A DNA stretch of 64,000 nt, from contig CDROCS010000253.1 of NCBI GenBank assembly GCA_977020255.1, positions 806,001 to 870,000 of the forward strand. The letters are read 5' to 3'. Position 1 is the stretch's first letter. Each line of letters opens with the position of its first letter. The notes beneath the pieces are model-generated. The model was not told the DNA's origin, did not search any database, and worked only from the letters and a program-made list of their open reading frames with translations. Below are positions 32,027 through 41,576 of this stretch, in pieces. This DNA comes from Obrimoposthia wandeli (Eukaryota). Both the position numbers and the translations under genes were made by a program.

Positions 32027-33124
32027 ATGAACTTTAATAGAGCTGTAATCAAAGTTGGTAGTGCCTTAGTCGCACCCACTCGCGATGGTTGTAGCGGCAA
32101 ATACATCTTAGCAATCGCACAATTCATAACCACATGCCAGCAACAGGGTAAAGAGATAATTTTAGTTTCCTCTGGTGGTGTCGCAGCTGGCCGTACTATC
32201 ATTCAACATGGCTCACCAAAACTCTCACTCTCTACTAAAAAGGCCATGGCTAGCGTTGGTCAGATGCAAATGATGGCCAATTGGCAGCGCTTTTTTGATG
32301 TTCCTTGTAGCCAAATACTCATTACCCAAAATGATTTAGCTGATAGAGAACGCTTTATCAGCATTCAAGAAACAATCAAAATTCAATTAGCCAATGGCGT
32401 GCTACCGATTGTTAACGAAAATGATACCGTCACCACCAAAGCGCTTGCCATAGGCGATAATGATAATATTGCCGCGTTAGTTGCCCAGGCATGTGAAGCT
32501 GACAGTTTATTCATATTAAGTGATATCGATGGTGTCTTTACCAAAGACCCAAACATCAATGACGATGCAGTATTAATCCCTAATATCGATAAAATTACTG
32601 ATGAAATTTATGCCATGGCTGGCACAAGTCGCAACCCTCTTGCGACTGGAGGCATGAAAACTAAAATACAAGCCGCTGAAAAAGCTGTTGAACATGGGAT
32701 AAATACCTATATTGTCAACGGCACTAAAAGTGAGGTATTTAGCTCACTTTTAGCAAAAGTTAATCCAGGTACTCGTTTTGCTGCAGATAAAGATATTATT
32801 ACTGCCAAAAAGCATTGGTTAAAGCATACCTTGAAAAGCCGAGGTAAAATTAAACTTGACCCTGGCGCTGTTAATGCAGTTGTTAACAAAGGTGCTTCTT
32901 TATTACCTTCCGGTATTAAATCAGTAACTAATAGGTTTAAAGCGGGTGATGCCATCGATCTAGTTGATGCAAGAAATAATGCGGTGATCGCCAAAGGAAT
33001 AACGCTATATAGTCACTATGACTTAAAAAGGATTATGGGCAAACACAGTAATGATATCACCGCTATTTTAGGTCATGACCAAGGCGATGTAGTAGTACAT
33101 CGCGATGATATGGTTATTTTATAA
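32027..33124 (+). CDS. proB: Glutamate 5-kinase
   Basis: VIKVGS, VSSGGVAAG, PIVNEND, TGGMKTKIQAA, C-terminal PUA domain. Confidence 0.96.
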   Translation: MNFNRAVIKVGSALVAPTRDGCSGKYILAIAQFITTCQQQGKEIILVSSGGVAAGRTIIQHGSPKLSLSTKKAMASVGQMQMMANWQRFFDVPCSQILITQNDLADRERFISIQETIKIQLANGVLPIVNENDTVTTKALAIGDNDNIAALVAQACEADSLFILSDIDGVFTKDPNINDDAVLIPNIDKITDEIYAMAGTSRNPLATGGMKTKIQAAEKAVEHGINTYIVNGTKSEVFSSLLAKVNPGTRFAADKDIITAKKHWLKHTLKSRGKIKLDPGAVNAVVNKGASLLPSGIKSVTNRFKAGDAIDLVDARNNAVIAKGITLYSHYDLKRIMGKHSNDITAILGHDQGDVVVHRDDMVIL

Positions 33125-33187
33125 TTGCCTAAAAAGACTTCAAGCAATTCAAAGCAACTTAAACAATTTTTCGACGAGAGTAGCAAA

Positions 33188-34444
33188 ATGACTGATTTTA
33201 ATATCGCCACTATGGCACAAAATGCTAAAACAGCCAGTCGAGTGGCTGCACAACTTAACAGTAGTGAAAAAAACGCTCTATTAAATGACATTGCCACTGC
33301 AATTGAAAATAATAGCGAGACTATTATTCAAGAAAACAGTAAAGATATTGCCGCAGGGCGCGAGAAAGGTTTATCACAAGCCATGTTAGATCGACTAGTG
33401 CTAACGGAAAAAGGCATTAAAGAAATGAGTTCAGCTATCCGTGAAATCGTTGCTTTAACCGATCCTGTCGGAGATATTGATAAACTATCATTACGCCCAA
33501 ATGGCATTCAAGTCGGTAAAATGCGCATCCCTCTTGGCGTAATAGCCATGATTTATGAAGCGCGACCGAATGTTACCGCTGAAGCTGCTGCTTTGTGTAT
33601 TAAATCAGGTAATGCGGTTATTTTACGGGGTGGCTCTGAAGCGATTCACTCCAACTTAGCTATCGCTCATTGTTTACATCAAGTATTAACGGCTCATCAT
33701 GTTGATGAACATATTGTTAGTGTTATTCCTGATACTAGCCGCAGTATTATTGAGCAGCTATTACAACAAAGCGACACTATTGATCTAGTCATTCCACGTG
33801 GCGGTGAAGGATTGATCCGTTATGTCAGTGAAAATAGTCGCATCCCTGTTATTCAACACTATAAGGGTGTCTGTCATTTATACATTGATAAATACGCGGA
33901 CTTAACTAAAGCGGTCAACATTTTAGTCAATGGTAAAACCCAAAAACCTAGCGCCTGTAACGCCTTTGAAACCGTTTTGGTCCATGGTGATATAAGTGCA
34001 AAGTTCCTACCACTAGCCGCTAAAGCACTAAATGACGCAGCGCAAGTTACAGTACATGCATGTGAAAATAGTATTGGTTATTTTCCAGATGCTGAATTAG
34101 CAACAGAAGAAGATTACCAAGCAGAATATTTAGCGCAAGAAATTGCGGTGAAGGTAGTAAGTAGCTTTGACGCGGCTATTAGTCATATCAATGAATTTAC
34201 TTCTGATCATACTGAAGTCATTATTAGCCAAGACATTTCACGCAGCCAACAGTTTGTCCGCCAAATAAACTCCTCTGTAGTGATGGTTAATGCCTCTTCA
34301 CGCTTTTCAGATGGTAATCAATTAGGTTTAGGTTCTGAAATAGGCATATCTACCAGTAAACTACATGCTTATGGCCCAATGGGTCTTGAAGCATTAACAA
34401 CAGAAAAATTTGTTGTTTTTGGTGATGGCCAAGTTCGACTGTAA
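33188..34444 (+). CDS. proA: Gamma-glutamyl phosphate reductase
   Basis: PLGVIAMIYEARPNVT, CNAFET, NASSRFSDG, KLHAYGPMGL. ATG33188 preferred over TTG33125 because of a GAGAG RBS-like sequence. Confidence 0.96.
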   Translation: MTDFNIATMAQNAKTASRVAAQLNSSEKNALLNDIATAIENNSETIIQENSKDIAAGREKGLSQAMLDRLVLTEKGIKEMSSAIREIVALTDPVGDIDKLSLRPNGIQVGKMRIPLGVIAMIYEARPNVTAEAAALCIKSGNAVILRGGSEAIHSNLAIAHCLHQVLTAHHVDEHIVSVIPDTSRSIIEQLLQQSDTIDLVIPRGGEGLIRYVSENSRIPVIQHYKGVCHLYIDKYADLTKAVNILVNGKTQKPSACNAFETVLVHGDISAKFLPLAAKALNDAAQVTVHACENSIGYFPDAELATEEDYQAEYLAQEIAVKVVSSFDAAISHINEFTSDHTEVIISQDISRSQQFVRQINSSVVMVNASSRFSDGNQLGLGSEIGISTSKLHAYGPMGLEALTTEKFVVFGDGQVRL

Positions 34445-34467
34445 AGTAATAGAGTAAGTATAACCGT

Positions 34468-34551
34468 ATGCCTACGGAGCTCTTATTAGGTCTTGAAGCG
34501 TTAACCACTGAGAAATTTTTTGTGTTTGGCGATGGCCAAGTTCGACTGTAA
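34468..34551 (+). pseudogene. Duplicated, diverged fragment of the proA 3' end
   Basis: 34489-34551 matches 34382-34444 at 56 of 63 nt and encodes GLEALTTEKFFVFGDGQVRL*. Confidence 0.85.
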
Positions 34552-34614
34552 GCACAATGCATAAAGAAGCCTATGGTTCATCAAAACCTTAGGCTTCTTT
34601 ATTTACTCTAGCGC

Positions 34615-35007
34615 TTAATGAACGCGTCGAGCATTCGGTTTTTGTTTCACAATGCTCAATGCTAAGCGTTCAGCCCATTGCCCACCATGTTTTTCCTGAC
34701 AAGCCTGCTCACTATCAAAATGAACACTCTTTTTAATATTTTTAACGACAACGCCCACTTTTAATAATTGCTTTTGAATACTTGCGCGCAATAGTTCATC
34801 TTGCTGCAACGCTTTCATTGCTGCAACCTCTTCATCCGTATTAAACACACAGGTAATAACTAAACTGGCAGGGAAATTAGTGTAGTTTGCTCTGTGGGTT
34901 AACCAAACAAAACCTGCAACGTCATGCAAAGATGACTCACACGCTATAGTTAAGGCTTTGCAGACGTTATTATCAATTTTTTGACTCGTTTTGCTTAATT
35001 TCATCAC
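34615..35007 (-). CDS. Conserved hypothetical protein
   Basis: 130-aa ORF (GFVWLTH...FPASLVITCVF); no recognisable functional motif. Confidence 0.65.
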   Translation of the reverse strand: MMKLSKTSQKIDNNVCKALTIACESSLHDVAGFVWLTHRANYTNFPASLVITCVFNTDEEVAAMKALQQDELLRASIQKQLLKVGVVVKNIKKSVHFDSEQACQEKHGGQWAERLALSIVKQKPNARRVH

Positions 35008-35118
35008 TAGTTTCCAATTCAGTTTTCTCTATTTTAACCGCCTAGAAAAATGAACACAACAAGACCACTTACACTAACGCCTAAATTAGCTGATTAAAAA
35101 TTAATTATAAGCTAGGCC

Positions 35119-35147
35119 TTGAGATTATCTTAGTTACTGAGTATGCT
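35119..35147 (+). promoter_or_regulatory. Sigma70-like promoter of yegD
   Basis: TTGAGA-17 nt-TATGCT. Confidence 0.5.
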
Positions 35148-35184
35148 ACGCGGCCTTTTTCCCGTAGGCATTCTCATAGGTATA

Positions 35185-36546
35185 ATGATGATAGGTTTCG
35201 ATTACGGTACATCCAACTGTGGTGTTGCCACCATGCGCAACGGCCAACCTCATATAATTCCGTTATTAGGTGATGAGTCATACATTGCTTCAAATCTATA
35301 TGCTCCAAGCCGTGATGTTATTACCAATTGGCTTTCTCAACAATTAACTAGCCCACAACAAGCAAACTTTATCGCTGAGCGTAAAAGTCAGCTACAAAAA
35401 GGTCAAACGGCGCTACGTGAGTTAAAATTTGACGGTATTTCAAGTGAATTACTCTTTGGTAAGTCTGCCTTGGCTCAATACCTTGAAGACCCCGAAGAAG
35501 GCTATTACATCAAATCACCTAAGTCCTTTCTTGGTGCTAGTGGTTTAGCGACAGCCCAAATTCAGTTTTTTGAAGATATTGTTGCCTGCATGATGAGTAA
35601 TGTAAAAAATCTCACTGAACAAGCACTGCAAAAAGAAGTAACGCAAACGGTTATTGGTCGACCTATTAATTTCCAAGGCTTACATGGTGAAGAAAGTAAC
35701 CGACAAGCCATTAGCGTATTAACTAATGCGGCAAAACGCGTTGGTTTTAAAGACGTTGAGTTTCAGTATGAGCCCGTTGCAGCAGGTTTTGAGTTTGAAA
35801 GCTCATTAACAAAAGAAACACGTGTATTAGTTGTTGATATTGGTGGCGGTACCAGTGATTGCTCAATGTTACTGATGAGCCCAAATTTTACTGATAACGA
35901 TAATCGTAACGACCATCTGCTCGCTCATACCGGTGTTCGTGTGGCAGGTAATGACTTTGATATTCAATTAGCCTTACAAGGTATTATGCCAAGCTTAGGT
36001 ATGAATAGTTTATTAAAGACGGGTAAACCAATGCCAACCAGTAGTTTTTATCAAGCGCTAGCAATTAATAATATTAACGAGCAAACTGAGTTTTATAGTG
36101 CCAAAAACAGGCGTAATTTGGTTCAATTATCTCGTGATGCCAAAGAAACTGCTATTATTGAGCGCTTAGTGGCAGTACACGACCACAAACTCAGTTATCA
36201 ATTAGTCAATGCAGCTGAACAAGCAAAAATAGCACTTACCGAGCAAAGTAAGCAAACCATCGACTTAAGTGATATTACTAATGGCCTTTATGCTGAAGTC
36301 AGCAAAGAAACGTTACGTTCAGCCAATAAACGTACCTTAGAAAGCATTGCTAATATAATGCATTCGGCGGTACAACAAGCCCAGTGTCAACCAGAAGTAA
36401 TTTTTGTCACGGGTGGTACGGCAAAGTCCCCAGTATTGAGTGAGTTTTTACAGCAACAAATGCCTAATATCCCGATCGTTGTTGGTGATCACTTTGGTAG
36501 TGTAACTTCAGGCTTAGCGCGTTGGGCTGAGAAGATATACCAATAG
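35185..36546 (+). CDS. yegD: Hsp70-family chaperone YegD
   Basis: IGFDYGTSNC, KSPKSFLGA, VVDIGGGTSD, VTGGTAKSP. Start moved to ATG35185 because ATG35143 overlaps the -10 element. Confidence 0.9.
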   Translation: MMIGFDYGTSNCGVATMRNGQPHIIPLLGDESYIASNLYAPSRDVITNWLSQQLTSPQQANFIAERKSQLQKGQTALRELKFDGISSELLFGKSALAQYLEDPEEGYYIKSPKSFLGASGLATAQIQFFEDIVACMMSNVKNLTEQALQKEVTQTVIGRPINFQGLHGEESNRQAISVLTNAAKRVGFKDVEFQYEPVAAGFEFESSLTKETRVLVVDIGGGTSDCSMLLMSPNFTDNDNRNDHLLAHTGVRVAGNDFDIQLALQGIMPSLGMNSLLKTGKPMPTSSFYQALAINNINEQTEFYSAKNRRNLVQLSRDAKETAIIERLVAVHDHKLSYQLVNAAEQAKIALTEQSKQTIDLSDITNGLYAEVSKETLRSANKRTLESIANIMHSAVQQAQCQPEVIFVTGGTAKSPVLSEFLQQQMPNIPIVVGDHFGSVTSGLARWAEKIYQ

Positions 36547-36610
36547 TTAATCATACAAGTCTAACGTTTTAAATAAGATAAACGCCTGGCGATTGAGTTA
36601 CTTAAAGTAC

Positions 36611-36645
36611 AAAAAAACGACGCACGTGCGTGCGTCGTTTTTTTT
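36611..36645. terminator. Bidirectional terminator between yegD and nfeD
   Basis: AAAAAAACGACGCAC-GT-GCGTGCGTCGTTTTTTT. Confidence 0.85.
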
Positions 36646-36683
36646 AGCAGATATAGATCTTTCAGCCTTAAAATTTATTCAAT

Positions 36684-37142
36684 TTAAAGCGTCTTAACTA
36701 ACATGGTATTACCTGATATTGCGACAATTCTACACTGACTTTGTGCACTAATGGATTCCCCATTCGCATCCTCAGCTAAACGCGCTTGCCAATCAATACC
36801 AGAATAACGAATACTACCACTGCTTACATTAATTTCAGTACTTGCTAAGACGGTTAATCCAATCATGTCACTGGAGTTATCTGTTTTATCTTTTGAATTC
36901 TGTAATGTCTTGAATGGCTTCCATAAAATAGCAGTAACAACCGCCGTTAATAAACCAACCGTTAATATTTCACTTTGCCAACCATCAACAAAACCAATAC
37001 TAACTAAAATACCGGTAGTCAAACTAGCAATAGCAAAAAAGAATAACGGGCCACTTAACCCCATAATACTCAGTTCAATTACAAAGCTAATACCCGCAAT
37101 TAAGTACCATAAATGATCAGGGTTTTCTAAAAAATATTCCAT
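36684..37142 (-). CDS. Short NfeD-family membrane protein
   Basis: Three TM segments plus OB-fold GSIRYSGIDWQAR; downstream of an SPFH gene. Confidence 0.85.
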   Translation of the reverse strand: MEYFLENPDHLWYLIAGISFVIELSIMGLSGPLFFFAIASLTTGILVSIGFVDGWQSEILTVGLLTAVVTAILWKPFKTLQNSKDKTDNSSDMIGLTVLASTEINVSSGSIRYSGIDWQARLAEDANGESISAQSQCRIVAISGNTMLVKTL

Positions 37143-37198
37143 AAAACCTCTTTAGTAAATTAGCATAAACCTTTTAAACGCTAGATTTATATTAAGCA

Positions 37199-38176
37199 CT
37201 AGTTAGACAGCTTCAAACTACTTGAAACAGCAATGGCTTGTGCAACAGTATTAGCAATATTGTCACCCGTTTTACCATCTGTCAGTACCACTGTACTTTC
37301 ATTAGCAATAGCTTGATGAGCTGAAATAGCATCTTGTGCTAGTGTTAGCATTACCGCCGATTGACCTTCCTCACTATTTGCCGCATGACCTACGACCTCT
37401 AACGCATTAGCATCCGCATCCGCAACTAAGCGAATAGCTTCCGCTTTACCTGTTGCCTCAAGAATTTGTGACTCTTTTGATGCTTCTGCTGCAAGCACTT
37501 GCTCAGCTTTTGCTGCCTCAGCATCTAATACTCTCGCTTGTTTCTGACCCTCAGCTTCGGTGATCGCTGCAATTTTAACCCCTTCTGCGGTTAAAATCAC
37601 TGAGCGTTTTTCACGCTCTGCAGTCATTTGTTTTTCCATATCTTCACGGATAGTTTGTGGTGGCGTGATATCTTTTATTTCATAACGAGTTACCATAACA
37701 CCCCAAGGGGCGGTAGCTTCTGTCATTGAATTCAAGATTTGAGCATTTATCGCATCACGGTTTTGAAAACAATCATCTAACTCCATTGAGCCAATAGCAT
37801 TACGCATACTTGTCATAGCAAGTTGTACTACCGACATTTTATAATCGGTGATGTTATTCGTCGCTGCTGAAGCATCTGTGACTTTCATAAATAAAATACC
37901 GTCAATATCTAAAGTAATGTTGTCTTTAGTTATTGCCGGCTGTGAAATAATCTCTAATGACTGCTCTTTTAAATTACGATCAGCAGCTACTGATTGCACA
38001 TAAGGGATAATAAAGTTTAAGCCCGCAGAGAGGGTTTTACTGTACTTACCTAAGGTATAAATAACATAACCTCGGTTTTGTGGTACAAAATAAATGCCCT
38101 TTTTGAGCGTGTATAAAATAACAATAGTCAGCCATAAAACCGGACTAGTAAGAATACCTTCAACAATGTTTTCCAT
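37199..38176 (-). CDS. SPFH/band 7 stomatin-like protein (QmcA-like)
   Basis: AITKDNITLDIDG, WGVMVTRYEIKDI, QMTAEREKR; AAGG RBS before MENIV. Confidence 0.9.
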   Translation of the reverse strand: MENIVEGILTSPVLWLTIVILYTLKKGIYFVPQNRGYVIYTLGKYSKTLSAGLNFIIPYVQSVAADRNLKEQSLEIISQPAITKDNITLDIDGILFMKVTDASAATNNITDYKMSVVQLAMTSMRNAIGSMELDDCFQNRDAINAQILNSMTEATAPWGVMVTRYEIKDITPPQTIREDMEKQMTAEREKRSVILTAEGVKIAAITEAEGQKQARVLDAEAAKAEQVLAAEASKESQILEATGKAEAIRLVADADANALEVVGHAANSEEGQSAVMLTLAQDAISAHQAIANESTVVLTDGKTGDNIANTVAQAIAVSSSLKLSN

Positions 38177-38432
38177 AAATATATTTTCCTTATTATTTGA
38201 ATCTACATTTGATATAAAATCTAAACTCAATTGAGACTTATTTTTAACAACACGTTAATAGACTGTTATAAGCAAAGCAAGTTATTTTACTCAGGTTGTT
38301 GCTTCTCCCACAACAATAGCAGCATAGTTAAAAGTAATCGCAGGGAGAAAAGTGACATTTAAAACATTGGTATATCTTGCAGCACCACTTTATTTGTCGC
38401 TATGGGGGATATTTTCAGCTAGATAAAATGCC

Positions 38433-38460
38433 AAAAGCACCAACAGAAAGTGGTGCTTTT
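38433..38460. terminator. Hairpin/terminator downstream of ppnP
   Basis: AAAAGCACCA-8 nt-TGGTGCTTTT. Confidence 0.65.
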
Positions 38461-38547
38461 AAAGTTTACCAATAATATTGGTAAACAGGATTATTACTAG
38501 CGATAGCTTCTTGCTCAATAACCGACCTTTACTTGTCAGTCAATTAA

Positions 38548-38862
38548 TTAGCTAATATAAGTACAACAATAATCAATTAAGGTTTTCGCGCGTACTTCAA
38601 AAGAACTATTTGCTGGGACACCAAAAGATTGTCCGCCGCTAATGCTTTGCCATTCCGTCGCACCGGCCAGTAAAATTTCACATTCACCCGCAGTAATTTC
38701 CATTAATTCTTCTTCATTGGTACCAAACTTATAGTCACCTGGCATCATGATACCTAAGGTTTTAAAACTTCCATCGTTGAAAGTAACCTTTCGGCTGGTA
38801 ACTTTACCATCAAAATAAACGCTGGCTGCTTTAGTAACGGTAACTTCTTTAAACTCTGACAT
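38548..38862 (-). CDS. ppnP: Pyrimidine/purine nucleoside phosphorylase (DUF1255)
   Basis: YFDGKVTSR, KTLGIMMPGDYKFGT, DYCCTY. Confidence 0.88.
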   Translation of the reverse strand: MSEFKEVTVTKAASVYFDGKVTSRKVTFNDGSFKTLGIMMPGDYKFGTNEEELMEITAGECEILLAGATEWQSISGGQSFGVPANSSFEVRAKTLIDYCCTYIS

Positions 38863-39022
38863 TGATAATTCTCTTTAATATTGTGATGATTTAAAAATAG
38901 GATGACTAAAAGCAAAAACGGGAAGCCATTAGCATCTATTGAGCAATGGATTCCCGACTTATACTCTGCGATATAAATGACTACGGGAATGACAACCCCA
39001 AGGTTGTCATTCTAAGTCGCAA

Positions 39023-40504
39023 TTATGTTGCACTAGCAATTTTTTTCATGTCAGTCATATAACCGCGAAGTTCTTTACCAATCACTTCAACACCATGACT
39101 GCGAATAGCTTCGTTTACTTCAATCAAACGAGCATTATCAACATTATTTGAACTTTCTTTTAAGCCTTCACCTAATTGCTCTAACGATAAGTTAGCTGTG
39201 AAGTCTTTAAGTAATGGTACAGCAGCATGAGTAAATAAGTAGTTACCGTACTCTGCAGTATCAGAAATAACTACATTCATTTCATAAAGCTTGTTACGCG
39301 CAATACAGTTAGCAATTAATGGCGTTTCATGAAGTGACTCATAATATGCTGACTCTTCAACAATTCCAGCAGCTACCATTGCTTCAAAGGCTAATTCAAC
39401 ACCCGCTTTGATCATGGCAACAACGAAAATGCCTTTATCGTAATATTCTTGTTCAGTAATTTCAGTATCACAATCAGCAGCTAATTCAAAAGTAGATTCT
39501 GCTGTTTCTGCGCGCCATGTTAATAAGTTAATATCATCATTTGCCCAATCAGCCATCATAGTTTCAGAGAAGCGACCTTCAATGATGTCATCCATATGCT
39601 TTTCAAATAATGGACGTAAAATCACTTTCAATTCTTCAGACATATCAAACGCTGCGATTTTCGCAGGGTTTGATAAGCGATCCATCATATTAGTAATGCC
39701 GCCATGCTTAAGACCTTCAGTCGTCGTTTCTAAACCGTACTGTAATAATTTACGAGCGTAAGCTGCGTCCATACCTTGAGCAAGTAATTGCTGGTGACCT
39801 AGTACTGCAGCTGTTTGCAACATGCCACAAAGAATCGTTTGCTCGCCCATTAAGTCAGACTTAACTTCTGCGATGAAAGATGACTGTAAAACACCCGCTC
39901 TATCACCACCAGTTGCACTAGCGTAAGCTTTAGCAATAGCTAAACCATTACCTTGAGGATCATTTTCTGGATGAACTGCGATAAGTGTTGGTACACCAAA
40001 ACCACGTTTGTATTCTTCACGTACTTCAGTACCTGGACACTTAGGAGCAACCATCACAACCGTGATATCAGAACGAACTTGCATGCCTTCTTCTACAATG
40101 TTGAAACCATGTGAATAAGAAAGCGTAGCACCTTGCTTCATCAACGGCATTACCGCAGTAACAGCTGAAGTATGTTGCTTATCAGGTGTTAAGTTTAAAA
40201 CTAAATCTGCTTGAGGAATTAAGTCAGCGTAGTTACCCACTGTAAAACCATTTTCTGTAGCCCACTGCCATGATTGACGTTTTTCGCTAATTGCACCATC
40301 ACGTAAAGCATAAGAAATATTTAAACCTGAATCACGCATGTTCAAACCTTGGTTTAAACCTTGAGCACCACAACCAACAATAACAATGTTCCAGTCTTTG
40401 ATGAAATTACAGCCATCGCTAAACTCTTCACGTTTCATAAAACGACATTGGCCTAATTGACCTAATTTTTCACGTAAACTTAAAGTATTAAAATAATTGC
40501 TCAT
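39023..40504 (-). CDS. ilvC: Ketol-acid reductoisomerase (long form)
   Basis: [30 protein letters not shown]. Confidence 0.97.
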   Translation of the reverse strand: MSNYFNTLSLREKLGQLGQCRFMKREEFSDGCNFIKDWNIVIVGCGAQGLNQGLNMRDSGLNISYALRDGAISEKRQSWQWATENGFTVGNYADLIPQADLVLNLTPDKQHTSAVTAVMPLMKQGATLSYSHGFNIVEEGMQVRSDITVVMVAPKCPGTEVREEYKRGFGVPTLIAVHPENDPQGNGLAIAKAYASATGGDRAGVLQSSFIAEVKSDLMGEQTILCGMLQTAAVLGHQQLLAQGMDAAYARKLLQYGLETTTEGLKHGGITNMMDRLSNPAKIAAFDMSEELKVILRPLFEKHMDDIIEGRFSETMMADWANDDINLLTWRAETAESTFELAADCDTEITEQEYYDKGIFVVAMIKAGVELAFEAMVAAGIVEESAYYESLHETPLIANCIARNKLYEMNVVISDTAEYGNYLFTHAAVPLLKDFTANLSLEQLGEGLKESSNNVDNARLIEVNEAIRSHGVEVIGKELRGYMTDMKKIASAT

Positions 40505-40577
40505 GGGGATCCTTGGAATATCTAAAATTTAATGGGTCAGATTTTCTGACAATGAAATTACCTTACCCTAGATATTA

Positions 40578-40626
40578 CGTTGCAAGAAGTGATATATTCG
40601 CACTGCAACGTTGCGTTTTTAGCAAC
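40578..40626. promoter_or_regulatory. IlvY operator region
   Basis: TTGCGTTTTTAGCAA (40611-40625) and TTGCAAGAAGTGATA (40580-40594) between divergent ilvC and ilvY. Confidence 0.55.
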
Positions 40627-40660
40627 ATAAAGACACTTATCTACACAAGGGCATTAAATT

Positions 40661-41539
40661 ATGGATCAAAAAGCACTCTCTATGTTTGCCCATTTGAGCC
40701 AAACTTTACACTTTGGTAAAACTGCGCAAGCACACCACATCAGTCCGTCTACGCTAAGTAGAGCAATTCAACGGCTTGAAGATGAGGTTGGTGGTGAATT
40801 ATTGCATCGCGACAATCGAACGGTGGTCCTTACCGATATAGGCAAAAAATTCAAAATTTATGCTGAACACCAGCTGGATCAATGGTACAGCTTCAAACAA
40901 TCACTTGACCATAAACAAGTGGCGTTAACTGGAAAGCTACATATTTATTGTTCCGTTACTGCCGCGTACAGTCATTTACCGCCGTTACTTGAACGCTTTC
41001 GTGCTCGACATCCTTTAGTAGAAATTATGCTGACCACTGGGGATGCCGCTGACGCCCTTGAACAAGTACAAAATCAATCCGTTGATTTTGCTATCGCTGC
41101 TGCGCCTGAAAATTTACCCCGTAGTGTTTACTTCCACCATCTTGATACCATAGCGCTTACGGTTATTGCGCCAACCATGACTTGCAAGGTGCAGCAACAA
41201 CTAAGCCAAAAAGTATTGAGTTGGTCTGAAATTCCGATAATTTTGCCCGAGCATGGCGCTGCTCGAAAAAGATTTGAAATCTGGTATCGTAAAAAGCAAC
41301 AAGGAAAACCGACCATCTACGCCACAGTTTCTGGTCACGAAGCTTTGGTAAGCATGGTTGCTTTAGGTTGTGGTGTTGGCATAGTGCCGCAGGTCGTAGT
41401 GGATAACAGCCCAGTGAAAGATAGGGTTAGCAATCTCGAAAACATTGGTGATATAGAACCCTTTGAGTTGGGAGTCTGTTGTTTGAATCAATCAAAAGCA
41501 CAGCCACTAATTAAGGCTTTTTTTTCGTCGATTGTTTAG
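40661..41539 (+). CDS. ilvY: LysR-family regulator IlvY
   Basis: LHFGKTAQAHHISPSTLSRAIQRLE HTH, CSVTAAYSHLP; divergent from ilvC. Confidence 0.94.
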   Translation: MDQKALSMFAHLSQTLHFGKTAQAHHISPSTLSRAIQRLEDEVGGELLHRDNRTVVLTDIGKKFKIYAEHQLDQWYSFKQSLDHKQVALTGKLHIYCSVTAAYSHLPPLLERFRARHPLVEIMLTTGDAADALEQVQNQSVDFAIAAAPENLPRSVYFHHLDTIALTVIAPTMTCKVQQQLSQKVLSWSEIPIILPEHGAARKRFEIWYRKKQQGKPTIYATVSGHEALVSMVALGCGVGIVPQVVVDNSPVKDRVSNLENIGDIEPFELGVCCLNQSKAQPLIKAFFSSIV

Positions 41540-41576
41540 TTTTCATTAAATATTTATTAAACAGAATTCAGCTTAA

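Noticed and set aside
34615-35007. Calling this ORF a Fis-family regulator
   Set aside because: No helix-turn-helix signature is visible.
38433-38460. GcvB-like terminator
   Set aside because: Similarity is limited to AGCACC/GGTGCT; there is no adjacent gcvA and no GU-rich seed region.
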